From positions 4,751 to 68,750 of the forward strand of contig JAGWUP010000008.1 in assembly GCA_028868375.1 (NCBI GenBank): DNA of 64,000 nt, given 5' to 3'. This DNA comes from Elusimicrobiota bacterium (lineage in GTDB: Bacteria; Elusimicrobiota; Elusimicrobia; UBA1565; UBA9628). Of the stretch, positions 1-9,400 are shown in pieces. Made by a program: the position numbers and the translations under genes. Every line of letters begins with the position of its first letter. The stretch's first letter is position 1. The notes below the pieces were generated by a model, which was not told where the DNA came from, did no database searches, and worked only from the letters and a program-made list of their open reading frames with translations.

Positions 1-121
1 GGCGCACGGGTAATTGCCGCGGCAAACGAGCAAAGAAAGAAAGTTTCCGATGCCACGACTGCGCTTTCAGGCTTGCAATGATGTCGTTTCGCGCCGGCTC
101 ATGCGCCGGGAATCAGACGTC

Positions 122-131
122 TAGGTCCTTT
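122..131 (+). promoter_or_regulatory. TAGGTCCTTT motif (preceded by AGACGTCT palindrome) ~45 nt upstream of the 1055-aa secreted-protein gene
   Basis: Read directly: gacgtctaggtcctttggccc. Near-identical decamers occur upstream of the two giant genes at 3371 and 15283. Confidence 0.3.
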
Positions 132-176
132 GGCCCTTGCCGGATTTCTCGCGGAGGCGTACTCTTGCGGTAATTC

Positions 177-3100
177 ATGAGCCACGATACCCCTCAGAGC
201 CTATCCCGAATCGCTTGGCTGGCCTGCGCGCTGCTCTTGGGCTTCGCCGCGCGGGCGAGGACGGCGCCCCCGCTGCCGCCGATGCACGCCTGGGCCGTCA
301 TCCACGCCGGGCCGCAGGTCTATTACGTGGACGCGGACAAGGACGGGGCGCGCTACCAGCGGATGCTCAAGCATCAGTTCGGCGGGCCGATCTCGCTGTA
401 CGTCGAGGAGCAGGAGACCGCTCAAGGCAAGCTGAAGACGGTCAAGGCCCCCTCTCATGCGGCGTTGTTCTGCGACGGAGCCGGCGACGATTGGGCCTGC
501 CGAATCGTCGTCAACAAGGGCTCCGGCGGCAACTTCAGCGTCTCGGTGAACATCAACGGCAAGCAGCCGGCGATCGCGCCGACGCTGCTGGCTCCTGCGG
601 AGCGCCGCCCGGAGGGCATCCAGAGGGCGGTTTGGGCCGTCGTCGTCAATTTGGGGCTAAAGGAAAAATACTGGGCGCGCGCGGCCGGGGTGCTGCAGCA
701 GGCGCTGGACCCGAAACGGAACAAGAACGCGGCGGGCTTGAGGGCGGCCGACGCCACCCAGATGTCCGCCTTGTTTAGCGGCATACTGGCCGATTTGGTC
801 AAGCCCGATTCCCCCGACAAGAAGATCGAGAAGAAGATGGTCCAGTACCTGATCGCCAATTCCCCCAAGGCCGCCGCGCCGCCGCGGCCGATCGTGCCCA
901 AGGCCCATGGAGCGCCGGTGGGGCCGGCCGCCGGCAAGCCCGAAGACAAGAAGAAAGCCGAGGACAACGCGATCAACACCCTGGCCTTATTGCTGAAGCA
1001 GCGGCAGCCGCAGGCCGACCTGGCCGGCCGGATCATGGCCTACCTTAAGGCGCCGCAGGGCGCGGCGGCCTTCATCGAGCTGCCCCAGGCGCGTCGCGAG
1101 GCGGGGCTTAAAATGCTGTCCGGCGCCGTGTCGGCTTGGGTGACGAGGGCGGCGAAGACCGCGCAGGGGCGTGGCAAGGAGGCGGGGCTCTACTACGTCC
1201 TGGGCGATTCGCCTAAGGCTTGGTTTGCCGGCCATCCGGTTCTCGACGCGCTCGCAAAGCCCAACGCCGCGCTCCCGGATTTCGACCGCAAGATGGCGAT
1301 CTTCACGGTGGGCGGGGCCAAGCGCGCCCCGGCCAACGCGGGGCCGTTCAAGGGCGACATGGCCTGGCCGGCCGCCATGCTCGAGACGGCGACGGAGTTC
1401 GCGCGGCAGGCGATCAACGACCGCAGGCTCGCCCCCCAGGTCAAGGCCAGCGTCGACACGCACGACCAGGGCCTGCCGGTGCCGGGAGGCCCCGGCGCTC
1501 CGGGCGGCGGACTCAAGCGCGGTTTCAGCGCGCGCGGCTTCAACGTCGCGGACCTCTACGAGAAGGGCGGCGTAACGCAATTTTGGAATATCGATGGCAC
1601 CGAGCCGCCGAAGCATTTGATCTCGATACGCGTCTACTCGAAGGTCTCCAGTTGGGGCCCGCCGCCGCGGATTAGCGATCGCATCGGCATCTTCGACATA
1701 AACCCCGATGAGTTCAAGCACCCCAGCCCGGTCCACCACCTTGTCGGCCAATACTTCTCATTGAACCAGACCGGCGACTCCACATTCCAGTTGGGCAGCG
1801 GGAAGTCGGGCACCTTCAAGCTGAGCATGGGGGCCGACGAGTCGATCAGCCTGGTGCCGGTGGACTCCCAGTCCAAGGAGCCGATTTCCGATCCGCTGAC
1901 GACCAGCATTTCGGCGCTTTTCGCCGCGCGCAAAGGGCTGGCGGCCAGCGAGGGCTACTACGAGAAGATCAACGGCCAGGGCTTCCGCGTCATCGGGCAG
2001 GGCGGCGAGCGCGGCGCGCTGCTCTACTACGCGGTCGGCGCGGACGGCCGGCCCTTGAGCGACGACCCCTCCCTCATCGCCCAGGTCAACGAGGTCAGCG
2101 ACGGCCGCACCCAGCCCCTCTCCGGCGACCGCCCGCTGGGCTACGTCGGCATGAAGGCCGACGGCAAGACTCCGCAGGCCTACGGCTTGGCCTGGAACAA
2201 TGAGACCAAGACCTTCGATCCCAAGGAGATCGACTCGGACGCCCTGGGCGATGCGCCGGGCGCCAGCAGCACGACGGTGGCCTCCAGCGACGGGGCGCCG
2301 GCGGACAAGGGGACCACCGCCGACACCGACGACGACAAGGGCGGCGCCGGCAAGGCCGGCGGCGGCAAGGCCAAGAAGGAGGAGGCCGGCAACGGCGCCG
2401 ACGTCGGCGGCGAGCTGGCGCATTGCGACTACAAGGAGAAGCCGACGGACTATCCAGACGCCGTCTGGTACCACAAGCCGGCGGCGGGCTGGGGCCACGG
2501 TTGGCAATTCTACACGCCGCAGGTGCCGCTAAATCCCAAGACGAATGCAGTCGACTATACGATGGCCAACGCCACCTATATCTGCGTCTACGGCAAGTAC
2601 ATGCTCTTCCTCTCCCAAGGCTTGGTCGCGGACGGCGACATCTCGGTGGAAGGCGACAAGGATATCCTGGACATCCGGACGGCGGTGCCCGACGCCGACA
2701 TCAAGACCAAGAATCTTTTCATCAAGCCCGAGCTGCTGCAGAAAGGCCTGAAGGTGGAGGGGCGCACGCTGGTCTACGGTGGCGGCCTCCGAAGGCCGAT
2801 CACAAGCACTGTCGTGCCATCAACGGAATACTTCATTAAATTGCGCGATCTTAAGAAGCTGCTGCAGCTTTGGGGAGACCGGAGCAGCGTGTTCGCCGCG
2901 GGAGTCAAGAAGGTGGCATGGGTCAGCCGCAACCGCGAGTGGGAGAGCGCCGAGGCATCGGAGGCCTTCACGGTCTATTGGCGGCCGCAGGAGACTCGGC
3001 AGGAAGCGCTGGCGGACATCACCGAAGCGCTTAAGAAATTCATCCCGCATGTAGCGGATGAGAACTACTGCCTAAAGGACGGCAGCCTCCGGCCGGAGCT

Positions 3101-3344
3101 GGCCGATTACCTAGACGACGTGCTGAAAAATCCCGGGGCGAAGAAATGGCTCAACGTTCAGGACAGTTCGCAGAAAGACGATCCTGGCTTCACGCCCCCG
3201 TCCGTTGCCTTCCACTGTTTGAATACTAATGATAGTGCCGACTGGTGGGTTGTGGCGTCCGCCCCGCCCAGTTGGAAGCACATCGGGAGATTGAAGGCGG
3301 TTCCCCAGGATGACGGCACGACGATCCTTAAAACGGCGCCTTGA
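177..3344 (+). CDS. hypothetical large secreted protein (1055 aa), no recognisable catalytic motif
   Basis: Single uninterrupted 3.2-kb ORF. N-terminal signal-peptide-like segment (LSRIAWLACALLLGFAARA). Coding-like composition. The C-terminal 600 nt is lower in GC than the surrounding sequence. Confidence 0.6.
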   Translation: MSHDTPQSLSRIAWLACALLLGFAARARTAPPLPPMHAWAVIHAGPQVYYVDADKDGARYQRMLKHQFGGPISLYVEEQETAQGKLKTVKAPSHAALFCDGAGDDWACRIVVNKGSGGNFSVSVNINGKQPAIAPTLLAPAERRPEGIQRAVWAVVVNLGLKEKYWARAAGVLQQALDPKRNKNAAGLRAADATQMSALFSGILADLVKPDSPDKKIEKKMVQYLIANSPKAAAPPRPIVPKAHGAPVGPAAGKPEDKKKAEDNAINTLALLLKQRQPQADLAGRIMAYLKAPQGAAAFIELPQARREAGLKMLSGAVSAWVTRAAKTAQGRGKEAGLYYVLGDSPKAWFAGHPVLDALAKPNAALPDFDRKMAIFTVGGAKRAPANAGPFKGDMAWPAAMLETATEFARQAINDRRLAPQVKASVDTHDQGLPVPGGPGAPGGGLKRGFSARGFNVADLYEKGGVTQFWNIDGTEPPKHLISIRVYSKVSSWGPPPRISDRIGIFDINPDEFKHPSPVHHLVGQYFSLNQTGDSTFQLGSGKSGTFKLSMGADESISLVPVDSQSKEPISDPLTTSISALFAARKGLAASEGYYEKINGQGFRVIGQGGERGALLYYAVGADGRPLSDDPSLIAQVNEVSDGRTQPLSGDRPLGYVGMKADGKTPQAYGLAWNNETKTFDPKEIDSDALGDAPGASSTTVASSDGAPADKGTTADTDDDKGGAGKAGGGKAKKEEAGNGADVGGELAHCDYKEKPTDYPDAVWYHKPAAGWGHGWQFYTPQVPLNPKTNAVDYTMANATYICVYGKYMLFLSQGLVADGDISVEGDKDILDIRTAVPDADIKTKNLFIKPELLQKGLKVEGRTLVYGGGLRRPITSTVVPSTEYFIKLRDLKKLLQLWGDRSSVFAAGVKKVAWVSRNREWESAEASEAFTVYWRPQETRQEALADITEALKKFIPHVADENYCLKDGSLRPELADYLDDVLKNPGAKKWLNVQDSSQKDDPGFTPPSVAFHCLNTNDSADWWVVASAPPSWKHIGRLKAVPQDDGTTILKTAP

Positions 3345-3370
3345 CCGGACCCCGCGCCGGTCTAGGCCTA

Positions 3371-3380
3371 TAGGTCTTTA
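3371..3380 (+). promoter_or_regulatory. TAGGTCTTTA motif plus CCTATAGG palindrome in a low-GC leader ~30 nt upstream of the giant gene
   Basis: Read directly: ctaggcctataggtctttagtcctattccctctagggcc. It lies in the 64-nt AT-richer gap before the ATG at 3409. Confidence 0.3.
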
Positions 3381-3408
3381 GTCCTATTCCCTCTAGGGCC
3401 TACAGCCC

Positions 3409-6400
3409 ATGGCCGAGGGCCATCCGGCCTGTTACACTCGCTGCATGAAGGCGGCGCTCTGCCTGATCCTGTCGGCGGCCCTGATCCTTTCTTCCGGGGG
3501 GACGTCGCTGCTGGCCAAGCCGGTCACGCACTGGGATCCTCTCTACAGGCGGCTGCGAGTCAGCGACGACGGCGCCTCCACGCCGATCGCGCGCGTCGCC
3601 CGGATGATCGAGCATCTGCCGCCCAAGCTGAGGGCCGCGGCGCTTCAGATCGGCGGAGATCAGAGGCTGTCGCAGGCGGAGCGCGAGCGCGCGCTCGCAT
3701 TTTTGGTGCGCTATCGCCCGGCCCTGGCCGGCGACCAGAAGGCCGCCAAGGAGATCGACGCCACCCTCCACGACTTGCGCGACCCGGAGATCGATCCCGG
3801 CTTGACCTTGGCGCGGATGTTCGATCATCTCTCGCGGACGGCCCGGATGGCCGAGAGGGATCGCACCGACGTGCAGTGGGAGGGGGACCCGAGTCATGAG
3901 GCGACCGCTGTCGTCTCCAATTCCCTGATCGGCAATACGACGTTCATCCAGCATACGGTGCGCAAGGACGCGGACAACTCGATCCGCACGATCACGCGGC
4001 CGGCCGATCCCGACGATCCCTCCTCGCCGCAGCAGTTGGAGGCCGTCGTCTTGGAGCAGAGGCGGGGCGCCGACACCTTGCAGCGGGTCTGCTACAACCG
4101 CCGCATCCACGTGCTGCTGCGCAACCTGCGCAAGCTCTACTACGACCAGTGCTCCCTGGTGCGCCGCGTCAACAACGGGGAGCTGCTGCTGCAAGACACC
4201 CCCTGCCAGGACGCCAAGGGCTGGCGCGACGAGAAGCTGACGCCGGAGGTCCGGCGCAAGCTGCAGGCCTTCTACGACGGCAACCGGCGGCGCTTCCCGC
4301 CGGAGCTGCTGGATTACCTGGACTACCTCGACCGCATGGAGAAGCAGGGCCGGCTGGGCAACCTGCGCGACTGGCGCAAGCTGCAGAGCATGCAGCGCCT
4401 GGCCCTGGCCTTCTACAACGACAACCAGCTCCAGGTCTACCAGCGCGCGGTGATCATGGAGATCACCAATTATTTCTCGCAGTTGACAGGGGTGCAGCCC
4501 AAGCAGAAGCGGGGCGAGGAGATGCTGGACATCGGCGCGCGCAAGCTGGAGGATTTCCAGCGCCTGCTCGATCAGTTCCACAAGGGGCGCATGGAGGGCT
4601 ACTCAAGCTGGCTGGCCGAGCTGGGATTCTCCAAGCTCGACATCAAGAACCGCCGCGACGCCACCAGCCAGGCCATGGACATCGTCTCCGAGGCCTTCGC
4701 CGACGTGGCCTACGCCTACCAGGCCCAGCAGCGCCTGCTGGACCCGGACGCCGAGCTCTCCGGAGCGGAGCGCGACGCCGCCATCGCCGAGACCAGCCAG
4801 TGGCTGCAGCTGGCGCAAATCCAGGTGACGCGCTTCGAGATGCTGACGGAGTCCACCAGCCTGGACCATCTGGCCGCCGGCACCCTGCGCGGCATCGGCA
4901 TCCAGCGCTACGACGAGCAGATGAAGGGCCAGGCCCGCAGGCTGGCCAGCGCCGCGCGCCGGCAGTACTACCCGGCCATCGCCCAGGCCAGCCGGCAGGC
5001 CAAGCGGGAGCTGCTGCGCCAGACGGTCTCGGAGCTCTTCACGACCTTCAACGCCGCCTCCACCTCCTGGCAGTTCCGCCGCCCGCTGAGAGAGAAGCTG
5101 CGGCTGTTGGCGGCCAAGGCCGACCAGTTGCTGCAGCTCTACCTCTCGGCGCAGTTCGAGGCGGCGCGGGACAACCCCTCCTTCCAGCGCGACTTCACCG
5201 AGTCGCAGCGCGTGGAGGGCAGCGAGTACGCTTATTTCCTAAGCCATCTGCCCGCCAACTGCCGGCATGTCCGGGAGCTGGTGTCCTCCCTTAAGGAGGG
5301 GCTGCTGGCCCTGCTCAAGGAGCGGGAGGTCGGCTCCGTCCGGCAGGGCTTGGCTCCCCTGCGCGCGCGCTTTGCCGCCGTCGCGCGCGCCATCTTCGGC
5401 GACGGGGACATCCCGACGCCGCTGCAGATACAGCGCGAGTCCCAGGCCCTCTCCGTGCGGCAGGGCCGGCTCTTCGCCGCGGCCGCCCAGTTCGCCAACA
5501 AGATGCGGCTGTTCGACGCCATCAACGAGCTGGACATCTACGTCGACAAGTACGCGGACAACACGAAGTGGCTGCAGACCGAGAACGACGGCTTTTGGAC
5601 CCAGTTGACCAGCTTCCAGTGGCTTAACTACGCCTTCGGGAAGGTCCCCGGGCGCGAGGCCGCCGCCGACGCGATGCTTCGCAACGCGCACATCGATGCC
5701 ACCCTGCCGCTGCTGGGCGAGGTCCGCGTCGACTACAGGCGCGCCTTCGAGGAGCTTCGGGGCCATCCCGAGCGCCGCTTCAAGATCGACCAGGCCCTGC
5801 GCGAGGGGCGCTTCGACGACGCCTACCGGCTGGTGGCCAAGATCGATCCCGAGGGCGCGCAAAAGGCCGAGAAGGAGGCGCGGCTGGACAAGCTCGACGA
5901 GGACCCCGCCGACCTGCTCGATTTGGACGGCCTGATGAGCCATCAATATCAGGACACCGCCCAGACCCGGGCCTTGGGCAGCATCCAGGGCGCCTTCGTG
6001 CAGTTGCCGAAGCTCATCACCGGCTACGCCCTCGCCACGGCCGTCACCGACACCGTGATCAGCGCGGTGGCCTCGGCGGCGATCATGCCGGTGGCGCCGG
6101 TCTTGTTGGGCGGCCTGGGCGAGGCGACCCTCGGCGTCGGCAGGTTCGTCGAGCTCGTTCCGGCTTTGGACGAGACCGCCTCCGTCGGCCGCATGACGCG
6201 GATTATCCACGGCATCGCCAGCCTTTTCAACGCCGGGAGCTGGGCGGTGGAGTATCCCGGAAAGGTGATGATCTCCACGGCGCGCACGGCCCGCAAGGCC
6301 ATCGGCATGGCGGCTCCCCTGGAGGAGCGCAGCGCCTGGGTCCAGGCCGCCGCGATGTACTTGCCGGGCAGCGGGCTCTACGCCAACGTCGCCTGCGCCT

Positions 6401-9400
6401 CCATCGGCAGCACGGCGATCATGGGCCTGGTCTCGGGGGGGATGAGCGCCTTCACCTACGCCAGGGATCCCGAAACCTCGCGCTACGAGAACGCCGGGGA
6501 GGCCTTCATGCAGGGCCTGGCCCTGGGAGCCTCCTTCGGCTCCAAGGCCGGCATCATCACCCATATCAACCTGGTTCCCGTCTCCGCCTTTCGCGGGTGG
6601 GTCGGCGCCACGATGCGGACCGTCGCCGAGACCCCCGGGCCGGTCAGCCTGGGACTGCAGACCCTGGCCAAGGTGGTCCCGGGCTGGTCCAAGTCGATGC
6701 TGGCCGAGGCGGGGCCGCTGGGCGCCCTCTCCAACGGCGCCTTGGCCCTCAACCCCGTCCTCTACACCCTCGGCAAGGCGGCCGTCTGGGGCGGGGCGAT
6801 GATCGACGGCACCGTCAAGTACATCGGCATCGCCTGGCTGCCGCAGCAATTGGCCCAGGTCGGCATCATGCTGACGGGGCAGTTCAAGGACGCCCATGGC
6901 CACCGCGACGCGACGCTCGAGACGGAGGCGGGCGACACCGCCTTCATGGAGCGCCTGTCCGCGGCCCAGCAGTTCAGCACGAGCTTGGCCCAGTTAAGCT
7001 GGGTGCTGATGCCCTCCAACCCGGCCTTCAGCCACAAGGAGATCTCCGACCAGTCCCGAGCGGCGGCCGCCTTCAACCGAATCGCCCAGGACCCGGAACT
7101 GCTCCGCGTCGTCGAGTCGGCGCCGAAGGACTTCGCCATGCCGGTGGAGCTGCCCTTCTATTACCGCTCCCTGGGCGAGAACGCCCGCGCCGTCCTCGGC
7201 GCCGTTCCGCTGCTGGGCCGGGTCTTGGAGGAGCTGGGCCTGCGCAAGCCGGCCTCCACCGTCGAGTTCCAGGTCACCGAGCAGTGGCGGCAATTGGCCG
7301 CGCGGGAGAGGATGAGGAGGCGATTTAGCACCGCCGAGATCATGGCGATGGCGCTCATGCCCTCGGAGGCGGTCGGCCGGCTATTGGAGCGCTCGCGTCT
7401 GGGAGAGGTCCTGCGCGACCGCAAGGCCTTCATCGAGGAGTCCCTGGCCGACAAGGGCCCGCGCCGCGCGGGCGAGGACGGCCGGCCGCTGATCCTCACC
7501 CCCGCCACCCGCGATCCCGTCGACGTCCGGGTGTTCCGCTACCGCGATCCGGCCACCGGGCGCTGGCGGGACGCCCGGGAGGGTGAGGTCCGCCTGGTCT
7601 GCGCCGCGCCGGTGCCGCTGGGCCAGGCCAGGGGCCGCGATATCCTGGAGGTCGTCGATCCGCAGACCGGACACTGGGTGCCGGCGGGCACACCCGGCTC
7701 TCCCGCGGCGATGGTCCTTCCTTCGGCCAGGCCCGACCAGGTCCGCGTCACCAACGAGGCGATCATGGCGGCGCGCGACGAGCTGTCGGCGCGCTTGCGC
7801 GGGCGTTCCTGGCTGAAGAGGGCTTGGGACGGCCTGCTCGGCCGCGAGGTCTTAGACGGCGCGGCCTTGCGCGGCGAAATCCTCCTCTCCGAAGACGCGC
7901 TGGACTTGGGCAACGGCTGGCAACTCTCCGGCGAGCGGCTGGCGGACTTAAAGAAGGAGGCCGCCTTGGTCCAGCTCGACGCGATGCCGGCCACGCGCAA
8001 CCCGATCGCCTGGGCCCGCGACATGGTCCAGCGCGGCTTCGACACGGTGTTTAGGGGCCGCAAGCTGGAAAGCCAGCAGCAGCGCTGGATGCGCGGGCTG
8101 CGCCCGCAGGTGGAGGCCGACGCCAGGCGCCTGGCCGAGTCCGAGAAGGGCAGCCTGGGCGCGGTGCGCGAGCAGATCCTCGATCTGCTGGGCAAAAACG
8201 ACGACGGCGGCGACATCCTGACCGACGCCGGGGATCGCGCCGTCCTCCAAAGGGCGCTGGACGTCCTGGGCGGCCGCGGCCGCCTTTCCGACCGCCTGGA
8301 AAGCGCCGCTGTCCTGCTCGATGAGGCCGCCGCGCGCAAGGGGCAGGAGAAGGCCGGCCTGCCGCCGAACGCCTTCGCCAGCCTCTCGCGCTCACTGCGC
8401 GGCGAGGTCACCGCCGACTTGCTGATGACGGCCGCCCGCCGCCGCCTTCAGCGCCGCATCGACGCGGCGGGGCCGCTGGACCGCGCGGCCCTGGAGGCCC
8501 TGCGTCAGCCCCTGGAGACCGACGCGGCGCGCCAGGTCGTCATCGCGGAGATGCTCAGGACCTTCGGCCGCGACCGCCTGGCCGCCCGGGATGGGGAGCT
8601 GGACTCTGCCTCGGCGCGCGAGGGCGGCGAGCTCGACCGGGCCCTGGACCTTTACATGGACGTCTGGGAGCGCGCCGTCTTGGGCCAGATGGCCGGCGAG
8701 CGCGTCGCCGCGGTCAAGAACGGCCGCGATGTCCTCGAGTGGAGCATCCCGGCCCGGCGGCAGTTCAAGAATCGTTTCGGGGCGACCATCGGGGAGTTTC
8801 GCGCCTTGCAGAAGCGGGTGATCAAGGAGACCTTGGGCTTCTTCGCCGGCGGCTCGACCCTGGTCTTCGGCGCCATGCCCACCGGCTCCGGAAAGACGCT
8901 GACCAACTGCGTGCTGGCGGAGTTCCTAGACACCATGGCCCGCTCCCGGGGCCGCGACGGCGTGATCTATCTGACCACCAACCCCGACCTCGTCGCCCAG
9001 GCCTACGAGGACTACGTCGGCTTCTTCGGCAAGAAGCCGCCCTTCGAGATCATGACCTACAGCGACCTGTCCGCGCGCGTGGCCCAGGCCAAGGAGCAGG
9101 GCCTGCCCTCGCCGCTGGAGCGCAATTATCTGATCGGCGACGAGGGCGACGCCCCGGCCGGCCAGGTGCCGACCTCGGTGGGCGTCTTCAACGGCCGCAT
9201 GAGCAAGGCCCGCATCGATCCGGTGCAGCAGGCGATGCAGGGCGTCGCACGGCGCTTCGCCGACGGCGACCCCGCCTTCTGGGCCGAGGCGCGCGCCGCC
9301 CACGGCCTGGGCGGCGAGGGGCCGGTGGAGGGGCCGCGGTACGAGGAATTGATGAAGGACGAGGCCTTCCGGCAGCGCATCCTGGAGGGCGAGGGCGGGG

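Noticed and set aside
137-778. 213-aa ORF overlapping the start of the 1055-aa gene in another frame
   Set aside because: Arg/Gly-rich off-frame translation. The 177 frame has the signal peptide and continues for 3.2 kb.
5239-6903. 554-aa ORF (and 8926-10338, 470 aa) antisense to the 2595-aa gene
   Set aside because: Low-complexity G/D/R/A-rich translation. The sense frame carries ordered helicase motifs.
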